DNA of 64,000 nucleotides from an uncultured virus (IMG/VR IMGVR_UViG_3300028597_000008) (IMGVR_UViG_3300028597_000008), one strand, 5' to 3'; numbered from the stretch's first letter, positions 39,896-49,282 are shown. Translations and numbers: made by a program. The notes: a model not told the origin generated them from the letters alone.

Positions 39896-40252
39896 ATGGG
39901 ACTAACATTCCTATGCGATCCAGACGAACGCCATTTGCCAATGCACGAGCGTAAAACCGTGTGGGTCTGTGATGGCCCAAAACGCATTGCAACGATTAGC
40001 GCTGTTGATACTGATGACAGTGCTAATCGTAGTCATGCAACGGCTCTCTGGACTGCCCGAATTCATCACAAACAATTCGATCCTTTTTCCCATAGTCACG
40101 AACCGAGTGAAGAAGGCGAAGACCCGGTTCCGCACATTAGCGCCAGCGATGACGGTCTGCTTGCTTTGCACAATCCGAATTCATTGTCTCTTTCCGATGC
40201 GCGTTCTTGGGTAAGGGACAATTATACCGGAGGCAAAACAAATGCAGATTGA
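39896..40252 (+). CDS. Hypothetical protein
   Basis: 118 aa, GAGG RBS. Confidence 0.7.
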   Translation: MGLTFLCDPDERHLPMHERKTVWVCDGPKRIATISAVDTDDSANRSHATALWTARIHHKQFDPFSHSHEPSEEGEDPVPHISASDDGLLALHNPNSLSLSDARSWVRDNYTGGKTNAD

Positions 40253-41075
40253 AATGCCTGAAAAGCGCATCATTACGCGGGATGACCGGCTGGTTTCTAC
40301 CGCATATAGCATTGGCTCACCGCCAACCGAATTAAACGGCATCACTAAAAACGGTGACGGCACAATTACCGTTGGCCCACGTGCTTCGGGTACTGGTGAA
40401 ACGCACGTTCTCGACGCGAATATCTGGTTGCCGCGTGCAGCCGAATATCACGGTTTGTCGAAAAACATTAACGATTATGTTCTCGTTCCAGTTCCTGCGA
40501 TGGTTACGGATTTGCCGAATACAAACGGTGATTCTGTTTCCCTCAAAGAATTCACCGCGTGGAACGACGATCAAGGCCGCATGACTTATAAAACGTGGAT
40601 CGGTCGCCCGATGTACGTTGAGCATCAGCATAAACCTGAATGGGTGCGTGGATTAATTCTGGATACCTATTTGCGGCCTACACCGTTCAAAGACATTTAC
40701 ACGCTGATTATGCTGGCGGCACTCGACCGCACGCGTGATCCGATTCGTGTAGAACGTGTTTTGAAACGTGAATTGAACACTTATTCCATGGGCATGTATT
40801 ACAGCGCTTATGGTTGTTCGATTTGCGGCCATTTGGCTGGTAAAGGAATCGGTGCACCTTGTGCGCATACCCGCCCACGCAAACCGACGTACAAACTGCT
40901 TGACGGTCGTTTGGCATATCGTCGCTGCATGGGAATTACCGGCTTTGAATTGTCGCTGTTGGAAAACCTCGGCGGTCGCTCTGGTGTTGACGGTTACAGA
41001 ACCGGTTATGGCGATCCATCGTACGTTTCTGCAATTGGCGATACCATCCTCGACCCAAGGAATCTTCCTAAATGA
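40242..41075 (+). CDS. Prohead (capsid maturation) serine protease with Zn-finger insertion
   Basis: PNTNGD, KTWIGRPMYVEH (His), RGLILD, YSMG (Ser), CSIC...CAH, FELS; upstream of the scaffold and MCP genes. Confidence 0.72.
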   Translation: MQIEMPEKRIITRDDRLVSTAYSIGSPPTELNGITKNGDGTITVGPRASGTGETHVLDANIWLPRAAEYHGLSKNINDYVLVPVPAMVTDLPNTNGDSVSLKEFTAWNDDQGRMTYKTWIGRPMYVEHQHKPEWVRGLILDTYLRPTPFKDIYTLIMLAALDRTRDPIRVERVLKRELNTYSMGMYYSAYGCSICGHLAGKGIGAPCAHTRPRKPTYKLLDGRLAYRRCMGITGFELSLLENLGGRSGVDGYRTGYGDPSYVSAIGDTILDPRNLPK

Positions 41076-41734
41076 GCAATTTCCACGATCAAGACTGGCA
41101 AGTAGTTTTCACCAAAGCTGCATTCGATTTGAAACTCGGTGCAGACGTTGAATTGGTAGAAAACGTTGATAAGGAATTCTTCGAACTTTCCCGCGTTTCT
41201 ACTTTCCTGCTGACCAATCTGGAAGTGGCAAAAACGCATTTGGGCGCGGATGTTTATTTCGCACGTCCTATGCTGGAACGCATTATCAAACAGCACGGTG
41301 TTGCACAACCCGGCCAAGTTCTGAAATTCACCCGTCCGCAAATTCTGACTGCAAGCAGTTCCGATACTGTTCTGAATATTGCACTTCGTTACGCTTTTGT
41401 TGTCCAAGAAAAGGCAGAAGAAATTGAAGCCGAAGTAGAGGAAACCGAAGCCGAACGTATTGCACGTGAGGAAGAGGAAGAATTCCAACGTTTGTTGGAA
41501 GAAGAGGAACGCGAAAAGGAAGCCGAAGCAGAACGTCAGCGTGAATTGCAGGAAAAGGCTGAAAAGGAAGCTGCCGAAAAAGCCGAACAGGATCGTTTGG
41601 AAAACGAACAGAAAGAACGTGAAGCAGAAGCACAGCGTTTGCGTGATGCCGAAGCTGCACAACAAACCCAACAGCAAGAACCGCAACAAGATTCGCAGAA
41701 TAGCGATGATGAATTCCCCGAAGAAACGCGCTAA
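41072..41734 (+). CDS. Hypothetical protein with Glu/Ala/Arg-rich coiled-coil C-terminus
   Basis: 220 aa; ATGA overlap with the protease gene. Confidence 0.75.
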   Translation: MSNFHDQDWQVVFTKAAFDLKLGADVELVENVDKEFFELSRVSTFLLTNLEVAKTHLGADVYFARPMLERIIKQHGVAQPGQVLKFTRPQILTASSSDTVLNIALRYAFVVQEKAEEIEAEVEETEAERIAREEEEEFQRLLEEEEREKEAEAERQRELQEKAEKEAAEKAEQDRLENEQKEREAEAQRLRDAEAAQQTQQQEPQQDSQNSDDEFPEETR

Positions 41735-41811
41735 TAAAAACTAGCCGACACTAGCGCATAATAGGAGTTGCAATGTAATGTAAATCCAATTGAATAAAGA
41801 GGAAATACAAA

Positions 41812-42159
41812 ATGGCTAATCGTCCAACCGGTAAAACTGCTGAGCAAGAGCAACTGGAAAACACCAAGCGTTCGGAACAAGCGAATGCAATGCCCGAAGG
41901 TCGTACGCTGACGGATGTTGAAAACGAACAACGTCAATACGTAAAAGACCCGAATGTGGGCACTGGTGAAGGCCAGCATCTGCCGAATACCGTTGATCCA
42001 ACTGCGAAAGCAGCACAGGATTTGGTAAACGAACGCGTAGATGACAATCGCGCAAATGCTGAAACCGATGAAGAAAAGAAAGCCGCCGCTGAGCACGAAA
42101 TCATTGAACGTAATCGCAGTGGCGATGCAGTAGATGATGACAATGCTGATAAAGCGTAA
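41812..42159 (+). CDS. Small hydrophilic, probably disordered protein
   Basis: 115 aa, GAGGA RBS, rich in E/D/N/A/Q. Confidence 0.75.
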   Translation: MANRPTGKTAEQEQLENTKRSEQANAMPEGRTLTDVENEQRQYVKDPNVGTGEGQHLPNTVDPTAKAAQDLVNERVDDNRANAETDEEKKAAAEHEIIERNRSGDAVDDDNADKA

Positions 42160-42202
42160 CATTGCAATAAATATAGTGTGTTAAAAATCTCGCTAATTTA
42201 TT

Positions 42203-42293
42203 AAGTAGCTTACTAGGGTAGGCTACGCTCCAACTGTGAACTACCTTTAAGCCCACTCGGATTAAGCCCCCGCCGAGTGGGCTTTTTTTTTTT
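42203..42293 (+). ncRNA. Candidate ~90-nt small RNA
   Basis: TAATTTA motif at 42194, 5' hairpin GTAGCTTAC-TAGG-GTAGGCTAC, then a terminator; no usable ORF. Confidence 0.35.
42249..42293 (+). terminator. Intrinsic terminator
   Basis: AAGCCCACTCGG...CCGAGTGGGCTT followed by a long T run. Confidence 0.9.
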
Positions 42294-42347
42294 GCTTTTT
42301 ACATGGCCTTTTGGCATAGGTACGTGTCACTAGGTTTTTGTTTGGAG

Positions 42348-42359
42348 TAATTTAACTTT
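42348..42359 (+). promoter_or_regulatory. Putative late promoter motif TAATTTW
   Basis: TAATTTAACTTT about 30 nt before ATG 42379. Confidence 0.5.
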
Positions 42360-42378
42360 GTAGCTACTGGAGTCTGCT

Positions 42379-42747
42379 ATGGAAATACAAATCGCTTTAG
42401 CAGCCTCGCCATTAACGGAATTGCATTTGCCTAAAACTCTGGATGTAATGAGTTTGAAGCACCATTTAACCAATATTCCAGAAATTCGAAAGGGAATGGT
42501 TGAATGGGATATCAAATACGATACCGAGGACGTTGGCAAGCCACACCATTCTGCGCGGGTTGATATTCGTTCGGACATGGGAACGGGTTATTTGGAATTC
42601 ATGAAACCTGAACACGAAACTGTTTGGGAATATGACGGCCAAACCGACATTAATGGCGAAGTAACGGAATATAAAGGCCATACAGCGCACCATAGTATTC
42701 AAGCCATTTGCCGAAAGGTACGGGGTTTGATCCTAAAGCTGATCTGA
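42379..42747 (+). CDS. Hypothetical protein, possibly head-associated
   Basis: 122 aa; GGAG RBS; MEIQIALAAS start. Confidence 0.72.
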   Translation: MEIQIALAASPLTELHLPKTLDVMSLKHHLTNIPEIRKGMVEWDIKYDTEDVGKPHHSARVDIRSDMGTGYLEFMKPEHETVWEYDGQTDINGEVTEYKGHTAHHSIQAICRKVRGLILKLI

Positions 42748-42762
42748 CTTTTTTGTTCTTTG

Positions 42763-42774
42763 TAATTTTTGAAT
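42763..42774 (+). promoter_or_regulatory. Putative late promoter motif TAATTTW for the capsid operon
   Basis: TAATTTTTGAAT then a GTGG...CCAC hairpin and GGGAG RBS before ATG 42811. Confidence 0.5.
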
Positions 42775-42810
42775 GTGGGTTTGATTCCACAAAGCGAATG
42801 GGAGCCAACC

Positions 42811-44655
42811 ATGTCTAAACGAAACTCGCGCCTCCGGGGCATCGTTGTGTTGGCCGAATCCGAGGCACAAGTACAGGATCATTTTCGTGCTGTAGCATCT
42901 GGTAATTATCAGGTATTCGAAAGCAAAGATGGTGAATACGCCATTGCAACTTCCGACACTGCCGGTCTGCAAATCATGAATCCTCTTACCGGGGAAGAAA
43001 TGATCGCAGTACCAGATGAAGAAAAGCACGATATGACTGCGACCGCATCGTCCGGTGACGAAATGGAAGCGTTCTACATTGCTTGTGCATCGGGTTGCGG
43101 CGCTCACATCATTGCCGACAATCAAGAATTGTTGGACAAATGCCCAGCTTGCGCTTCCGATTTACCCAATCTGGAAGAACCCGAATTGAAAAAGAATCAG
43201 AAATATCCAGAAATTCTCCTCGCTGTTGCTTCCACTCAGGAAGCGGTTACTGATGCGTATCGCGCATTGGCTTCCGGCGAAGGTGAGAGTTTCGCAGCAC
43301 TGTGCGAAGGCACGATGGTTATCAGCAACCAACCGCTGAAATTTGACGTATATCGCGGCACTGCTGCGGTAGAAGTTGAAAACCACGTTCCACAAATCGC
43401 CGTTGCCGCAAACGCTGATGGAAATGTGCATGCGCATTATTTCACCACTGCTTCTGATAGCGGTGAGGAAGGTCAACTGCACATCATTTCGTCTGATGCG
43501 TCTCCGATTTTCTGCCCTCAAACTTCGAGCGGTCTGGTAGATCCACCTGAATTGCCAGAAAAAACCGCTGCAACTGCATCTGATGACGACGAAGAGGAAG
43601 AAGACTTCGACGACGAGGATGAAGACGACGAAGAGGAAGAAGACGACGAAGATGAAGATGATGAGGACGACGAAGACGAAGAAGAGGAAGACGAAGATTT
43701 GTCTCTTTCTCTCGCGAATTCGAAAACCTCGAAATCTTCGAAAGGTGGCGTTCGCCGTAAAGCGAAAAAAGAACCTGCCGTCGCTTCCGCCGCTGTCACC
43801 GAGGACACTCAAGTGACCGACGAAAACAAATCGCAAAAACCAGAAGGTGAAGCCGCTACTGCTTCTACCGAAAAGGCCACGCTGACTGCATCTTTCGTCG
43901 CTTACGCAAGCAACGATATGCAAGCAAATACCGTTGACGTTTCTTACGTCGGTGTTGTTGCGGGCGAACCTACTTGGGTCGCTTTCCACAACGGTATTCC
44001 GTTCGCAAAAGCAATTGCTTCTGCCGCCGAAAATCCAGCAACTTTTGCGGATGATTCTTTTGGTCGTGCCTTCAAAGCAGTCGCCTCCGAACAAGGCGTT
44101 ACCGAAGCAATGTCGCAAATGCGTTTCGAAGAAATTCGCCCGCAAATCGACGTTGAAAAACTGGTGCAAACCGAAGTTGAAACTCGCGTAACTGCGCAGG
44201 CTGCTAATTTGGCAGAAGCTGCAAGCCGCGACGCCGCTGAACTGTCTGGTCGTTTTGAAGCTGCTCTGGCAACTGCATCGCAAGGCGTTAACCGTGGTTT
44301 CTGGAAAAACCTGCAAAACCCGGTTCGTGTTGCACTCGCTTCCACCCTCGAAGACCTCGGTATTCAAGGTGGCGACGAATTGCTGCAACGTGCTTTTGCA
44401 GAACACGCTGACGATTACAACAAAATGATTCTCGCGAAAGCATCGGAAATCATTAAGTTGGATTTGACTGTTCAGAACCAACTGGCTGAATCCCTCAACG
44501 ACGTTCAAGAACAAAATGTGGCCGTTGCATCGACCGCATCCCTGAGCGTGGGCCGTCCAGTAAAAGCTGACACCACTGCAAATCGCGAAACTGCTACCGC
44601 TGCTTCGCAACCTGACGATTTCGGCTCCAAGCTGAAAACTCTGCGTTTCAAATAA
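42811..44655 (+). CDS. Putative capsid scaffold / head core protein
   Basis: First gene of the MCP operon; duplicated N-terminal domain with Cys cluster, poly-D/E tract, helical C-terminus, many AxAS motifs. Confidence 0.6.
   Translation: MSKRNSRLRGIVVLAESEAQVQDHFRAVASGNYQVFESKDGEYAIATSDTAGLQIMNPLTGEEMIAVPDEEKHDMTATASSGDEMEAFYIACASGCGAHIIADNQELLDKCPACASDLPNLEEPELKKNQKYPEILLAVASTQEAVTDAYRALASGEGESFAALCEGTMVISNQPLKFDVYRGTAAVEVENHVPQIAVAANADGNVHAHYFTTASDSGEEGQLHIISSDASPIFCPQTSSGLVDPPELPEKTAATASDDDEEEEDFDDEDEDDEEEEDDEDEDDEDDEDEEEEDEDLSLSLANSKTSKSSKGGVRRKAKKEPAVASAAVTEDTQVTDENKSQKPEGEAATASTEKATLTASFVAYASNDMQANTVDVSYVGVVAGEPTWVAFHNGIPFAKAIASAAENPATFADDSFGRAFKAVASEQGVTEAMSQMRFEEIRPQIDVEKLVQTEVETRVTAQAANLAEAASRDAAELSGRFEAALATASQGVNRGFWKNLQNPVRVALASTLEDLGIQGGDELLQRAFAEHADDYNKMILAKASEIIKLDLTVQNQLAESLNDVQEQNVAVASTASLSVGRPVKADTTANRETATAASQPDDFGSKLKTLRFK
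43582..43698 (+). repeat. Low-complexity GAY/GAR (poly-Asp/Glu) coding tract
   Basis: Encodes DDDEEEEDFDDEDEDDEEEEDDEDEDDEDDEDEEEEDED. Confidence 0.85.
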
Positions 44656-44670
44656 TTCTGGAGAAAACCC

Positions 44671-45408
44671 ATGCTCGTTCAAAAATACACTCGTTTTTTC
44701 GGCACCGAACACCGCGATGTTGAGCCGGGCGTTGTCATCGAAGAAGAAGGCATCGCGCTGGTTTACACCAAAGTAAACGGTCGCACCTACGTTCGCCCTT
44801 CGACTGGCGCCGCTGGTGAAGTATTCGCCGGTTTCTCGGTTTCGCGTAACAGCACTCCGCGCTATCTGCCAAAAGTAATCGCTGGCCGTCTGGTTCCAGA
44901 CAGCGGCGTAATTGATCTGGGTCGCATTCCGCTGACCGGTCAAATTCTGGTAAAAGTCGGCGGCAACGTTCTGGAAATTTCCGCGAACGCTCCGGTTGAA
45001 GGCAAAGTTCAACTGCAAGGCCAAAAACTGTTTTTCTTCCAAGGTACTCCGGCAGAAGGTGCGAACCCTGCTGTTATCGGTGATATCGGCAAAGAAGTTT
45101 ACGTTCAATTCATTTACGAACCGACTGTTGCCGAAGCTCGCACCGTTATCGGCGACGGCCCTATCGGCGGCCTGCCTTCCACCAATCAGGAACGCATCGG
45201 CGTTGCTACCCGTATGGAAGAACTGGGTACTACCTACTACGACGCTGCGGCTGACTGGTCTGGTGCATTCAATCCGCGCCTCGGCGCTGATGGCCGCGTG
45301 ACTACTGCCGGTAACGGTACTATTCTCGTGAACGTTGTTGTCATGGATACCCCTGTTGCAGACCCTGCATCGTACGGCGCCCTCAAACTGAAAGTGATTG
45401 CTGCCTAA
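44671..45408 (+). CDS. Putative capsid decoration/cement protein
   Basis: 245 aa, beta-rich, strong codon bias, GGAG RBS, immediately upstream of the MCP. Confidence 0.55.
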   Translation: MLVQKYTRFFGTEHRDVEPGVVIEEEGIALVYTKVNGRTYVRPSTGAAGEVFAGFSVSRNSTPRYLPKVIAGRLVPDSGVIDLGRIPLTGQILVKVGGNVLEISANAPVEGKVQLQGQKLFFFQGTPAEGANPAVIGDIGKEVYVQFIYEPTVAEARTVIGDGPIGGLPSTNQERIGVATRMEELGTTYYDAAADWSGAFNPRLGADGRVTTAGNGTILVNVVVMDTPVADPASYGALKLKVIAA

Positions 45409-45453
45409 GTAAAACTGGCCGCAAATCAAATCTGAATTTCTGGAGAAAAAGAT

Positions 45454-46539
45454 ATGTCCAAGCAATTTCACGGCGCTCGTATGGTGCTGAAAAACGGCGC
45501 CCCGCTGGAAGACCTCAAGTTCGGCAAACGTGGCGAACTGGCTCTGTCGAAATCGACCGGTGAATTCAACGCCGGTAGCAAAAAAGAACTGGCCGACGCC
45601 ATCACCCAACTGATGCAAGCTGTTGCATCGGGTGAAGTTGTTGCCGAACAAACCCCGCACGAAGAAGTTGCAACCCGTCGCGAAATTTTGGCCGAAGCCA
45701 ATTCCTCGCCAGAAAAATGGGCTGCACTGGGCGCCAACATCGCACAACAAGTTTACGAACAGGCTGACCGCGACGGTTTCCTGCGTAAAATTTCCGTTGG
45801 TAACACCCTGCGTCCGGGCGAAGTTCAGCGCGTTCCAATGCCTGCACATGACGCCTTCGCAGTAATTGCAACTGCTGGCGCTGGTGTTGGTTATCAGCAA
45901 ATTCGTCAACGTTTCTTCCAACCAGAAGAATTCGAAATTATCGCGAACGTTCGCGTTTCGACTCTCGATCTGGAACAAGTGAACGGCGACCTGCTGGAAC
46001 ACGCCTACAACGACGCGCTGCAAAGCATCATGGTTGCCGAAGACCGTCTGTGGAAAAAATCTGCCGACATGACCGTCAACATGGTCAACCCACTGGAATA
46101 TATCGCCGGTGAACTGACCACCAAAAACCTCGGCAAACTGCGTCAAGCCGTTGCCCAATGGAACCTGCCAGCAACCACCGCGATTATCGCGAACGATTTC
46201 TGGTCGGATATCATCGGTTCGAACGACTTCGCAACTTTCCTCGATCCGATCACCAAATACGATCTGGCCCTGAACGGCCAACTGGGTACGCTGGTAGGTC
46301 TGAACCTGATTACCGACGCATTCCGTCAGCCGAACCAGAAGGTTCTGAATCCGGGCGAAATCTACGTCGTTTCCGATCCAGAAAACCACGCTGCATATTC
46401 GACTCGCGGCGGTATTCGTTCGACTCCGGTTTCCGGCGAATACGAAGGTTCCACTTCGAAAGGCTGGTTGCTGTCCGAGCCGTTCTCCTTCATCCTCGCG
46501 AACAACCGTTCCGTGGCTAAAGGTCAGCGTCTGGTGTAA
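45454..46539 (+). CDS. Major capsid protein (HK97-like fold)
   Basis: 361 aa; very strong codon bias; ANIAQQVYEQADRDGFLRKI, DLLEHAYNDALQSIMVAEDR and LGTLVGLNLITD fit the HK97 layout; 3' hairpin. Confidence 0.8.
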   Translation: MSKQFHGARMVLKNGAPLEDLKFGKRGELALSKSTGEFNAGSKKELADAITQLMQAVASGEVVAEQTPHEEVATRREILAEANSSPEKWAALGANIAQQVYEQADRDGFLRKISVGNTLRPGEVQRVPMPAHDAFAVIATAGAGVGYQQIRQRFFQPEEFEIIANVRVSTLDLEQVNGDLLEHAYNDALQSIMVAEDRLWKKSADMTVNMVNPLEYIAGELTTKNLGKLRQAVAQWNLPATTAIIANDFWSDIIGSNDFATFLDPITKYDLALNGQLGTLVGLNLITDAFRQPNQKVLNPGEIYVVSDPENHAAYSTRGGIRSTPVSGEYEGSTSKGWLLSEPFSFILANNRSVAKGQRLV

Positions 46540-46550
46540 TAATCTCCGGC

Positions 46551-46586
46551 GCAGTGTGGAAAAGGAGCGCCCCTTCTCCACACTGT
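46551..46586 (+). terminator. Stable hairpin after the MCP gene (weak terminator or mRNA stabiliser)
   Basis: GCAGTGTGGA...TCCACACTGT; no T run. Confidence 0.55.
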
Positions 46587-46609
46587 GTTAGAAACTTAGG
46601 AGATTAAAC

Positions 46610-47131
46610 ATGGACATTTCGGCACTGCTTTATCTTGCAGCACATTGCTGCAAAAACGGTCGTGAACAAATTGCGCTCGATATTCTGAAACAGGCTGCCG
46701 AGTGTGATGGTTTTAACGACGGTTTTACGAAATGCCTTGCCCCTGCAATGCCTGTCGCCTGCAACGGTGATATGGTAGCTGACGGTGGCAACGAAGGTTC
46801 GGGTGTTGATGGGCTGGATAACTACAACAGCTACGTTGATAACATGCCAAACCGTGCTCCAATGGTTGGCGGTGCACCCGTATCAGAAAATACTTTGAAT
46901 CCAAGTTTGCACGGTAATGACGGTGTAGCTTTGGCTCAAGTGCTTTCTATTGCAAGCGCTGTATTTGCACAAAATCAGTTCTTGCACGATGGTGATGAAC
47001 TCATTGTCGATCCGCAACTCGGGGCTTTTGCTTCTGACGCACTCGATGCGTACGACGATGAGGCTTTGGTGCGTGTGAATGTTGAAAAAACAGAAACACT
47101 AAAACCGGGCCGCATTACAATCAAGCTGTGA
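46610..47131 (+). CDS. Hypothetical protein in the head module
   Basis: 173 aa; AGGAG RBS. Confidence 0.75.
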   Translation: MDISALLYLAAHCCKNGREQIALDILKQAAECDGFNDGFTKCLAPAMPVACNGDMVADGGNEGSGVDGLDNYNSYVDNMPNRAPMVGGAPVSENTLNPSLHGNDGVALAQVLSIASAVFAQNQFLHDGDELIVDPQLGAFASDALDAYDDEALVRVNVEKTETLKPGRITIKL

Positions 47132-47135
47132 AATG

Positions 47136-47177
47136 AAAAGGCCGACTGTGAGTAATCGCATCGGCCTTTTTGTTTTT
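47136..47177 (+). terminator. Intrinsic terminator
   Basis: AAAAGGCCGA...TCGGCCTTTTTGTTTTT. Confidence 0.8.
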
Positions 47178-47189
47178 CTGGAGCAGGAA

Positions 47190-47915
47190 ATGAGCGAATC
47201 CGAAAATCCAAAAGAGAGTTTGCGTGACCAATTACGCAAGCGCGATATGATTGGCTCAAGTACGTTCAAACAGACGCACCTGTACGGTTCGTTTCAAGGC
47301 GTGCAACGAGCATTCAAAAAATTCTTTGATCTGCAAGAATTACCGTTCGTTCACAACAACGAATTGAAAATGATGCAGCGTCAGAAATTCGAACCCTCTT
47401 ATCCGTATGCATACATGAGTGTCACTGCAATCGGAATTCCAGAAGGCGCAATGAACGGTGCAACACTGGCCCGACATAGTGCCGGCTTTCAGGTAGACGG
47501 TTCGAACTCCACGATCACGAAATTCTTCTTTTTCCCAATTCAGGTTCAACTTGAATTTCACTACGTAACCAACGACACACTGGACGCAATTCTTTTCATC
47601 AACAAAGCACTGCTGATGATTAATGCGAAGAAATTCAGTTTCCGTCTCAAGGCCAACGGCGTGAGCGGCGTAGTGGGCATCACAACCGACACAACGGAAG
47701 TGCAATTGCCACGCGCTGATAAAGAAAACGAAGACGATCCAGAATCGCATGATTTGGTTTTGAATTTCCGTGTGAATACGTGGAACGGTGTGAGCCGTAA
47801 AGTTGCGAAGGTAAACAACGACGGCAAGATTGAAATGAATGCTGTTATCGTTGACGGTGACGGCAATATCAGCGATGAAGAATCAACGGAAATCACCACG
47901 GCGGATAGAGCATGA
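47190..47915 (+). CDS. Putative tail terminator / tail completion protein
   Basis: YPYAYMSVTAI...FPIQVQLEFHYVTND pattern resembles T4 gp15-like proteins; lies between head and tail modules. Confidence 0.45.
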   Translation: MSESENPKESLRDQLRKRDMIGSSTFKQTHLYGSFQGVQRAFKKFFDLQELPFVHNNELKMMQRQKFEPSYPYAYMSVTAIGIPEGAMNGATLARHSAGFQVDGSNSTITKFFFFPIQVQLEFHYVTNDTLDAILFINKALLMINAKKFSFRLKANGVSGVVGITTDTTEVQLPRADKENEDDPESHDLVLNFRVNTWNGVSRKVAKVNNDGKIEMNAVIVDGDGNISDEESTEITTADRA

Positions 47916-49273
47916 ACTTACGTACCCGGCGCGCTGTTTACAAACCCACTGAAAAAACCGTCGTCACGGAAATCAAACATTTCGTGGTCGATAGCGTGCG
48001 CCGCGTAGGTGCAGGTTTTCATTCGGTGGCAACAAAAATCACCGACGAAACTTTCGAACAGAAAGACGTTGTTGTAACCCTCGAAAAACCTTACACGTTG
48101 CAGGATGTGCGTAGCGTGTTGAGTATTCAAACTCCCTTTCCGGTAATTGCCGAATTTGTTGGTTTCGGTGAACTCCCGGCTGAGGAAGTACGCACAGAAC
48201 AAAAGTTTACGGACGCTGCAATTACTATCGGTGATGCAAACGCTGGCCGCTTTATCCCGGTGACGATTACCGATAAAGATGAGTTTGGCCCGCGTATCGA
48301 AGCCAACGTGATTAACCTGCGCACAGCAGAGACTGAGAAATTCACTCTCAACCTTTCGCCTGTTGCTGGTGTTTACACTGGTTATTTCCAAACGCAAAAC
48401 AACGATGCAACTGGCGTTGATTTTGACGGCACTCTGTATTGCCGCAAAGACGATATGCTGCGCGTTTATTACCTCGACCCACACGGCGCCAGTGGAAAGA
48501 GTATTGAAATCAGCAAGGAATTTGTGGTCGGCCTCGACTTCAAAGAAACGGTTATTGAAGCACCGACCGCTCTGCGTTTTGATACGTCCCTGAACATTCG
48601 CGTTCTCAATCCAGTTTCGTTAATGGTTGTCGTGACCAACAAACGTACCGGCTCATTCGTCGAACAAATGATTGGTAATTACCAGCCAATTAAACTGACG
48701 TATGACGACGACACGAACGCATTGAGCGTGCAGGATAACGATGTAATCTCCATTGCCACCTCTGGCAAAGATATGTACGGCCAAGTTAAAACCGTCGTGC
48801 ACGAGTTGGTTATTTCCGGGACTGCAATTACGCCGGTAATTACACAAGCAAATACACTGGCTGACGTTCGCGATGAATACACGATTAGCATTCAGGACAA
48901 TAACCTGCCTGCAAATCCTGTTGTGCGTTTGACCAATGGTGTTACTGGTCAATCGACAAACGTTGCACTGAATGAAGAATATCCTTTCTCGGGTAAATAC
49001 AGTGCGACACTGCCCAATTTGGTTTCGTTGGTTTTGCCCGGCCAGAACCTGCAAATCAATTACGTTAGCGGACTCGTTACTCTGACCCGCAACGTTGAAA
49101 CAATCATGGGCGCCAGTGAAAATTGCGAGAATGCAGAACCACTGGAATCTACACTGACCGCGCCACTTCGTTTGACAATTAATGGTCAGTTTTTTCTGAA
49201 TGGTTCTTTTGCAGGAACGATCACGCTTTATGCAATTGATGCGCCTGTCCGTTGCACTTTAATTAAAGCGTAA
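47912..49273 (+). CDS. Structural protein with repeated beta-sandwich modules
   Basis: About 3 repeats of I.I.D...V.N..TG...L......G.Y; ATGA overlap. Confidence 0.6.
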   Translation: MNLRTRRAVYKPTEKTVVTEIKHFVVDSVRRVGAGFHSVATKITDETFEQKDVVVTLEKPYTLQDVRSVLSIQTPFPVIAEFVGFGELPAEEVRTEQKFTDAAITIGDANAGRFIPVTITDKDEFGPRIEANVINLRTAETEKFTLNLSPVAGVYTGYFQTQNNDATGVDFDGTLYCRKDDMLRVYYLDPHGASGKSIEISKEFVVGLDFKETVIEAPTALRFDTSLNIRVLNPVSLMVVVTNKRTGSFVEQMIGNYQPIKLTYDDDTNALSVQDNDVISIATSGKDMYGQVKTVVHELVISGTAITPVITQANTLADVRDEYTISIQDNNLPANPVVRLTNGVTGQSTNVALNEEYPFSGKYSATLPNLVSLVLPGQNLQINYVSGLVTLTRNVETIMGASENCENAEPLESTLTAPLRLTINGQFFLNGSFAGTITLYAIDAPVRCTLIKA

Positions 49274-49282
49274 TTTATAAGT
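49271..49282 (+). promoter_or_regulatory. Putative late promoter motif TAATTTW
   Basis: TAATTTATAAGT overlapping the upstream stop, about 45 nt before the sheath 2 ATG. Confidence 0.5.

Noticed and set aside
42160..42378. tRNA gene in the largest intergenic gap
   Set aside because: No cloverleaf or T-loop GTTCRA motif; only hairpins and a terminator
43582..43698. Repeat array or CRISPR-like region
   Set aside because: Only degenerate Asp/Glu codons within a CDS; no repeat-spacer structure was seen anywhere in the window
43162..46581. 1139-aa minus-strand ORF, plus similar shadows at 14822-17011, 27391-29079, 49311-51476 and 1307-2479
   Set aside because: Antisense shadows of strongly codon-biased + strand genes, with unnatural composition
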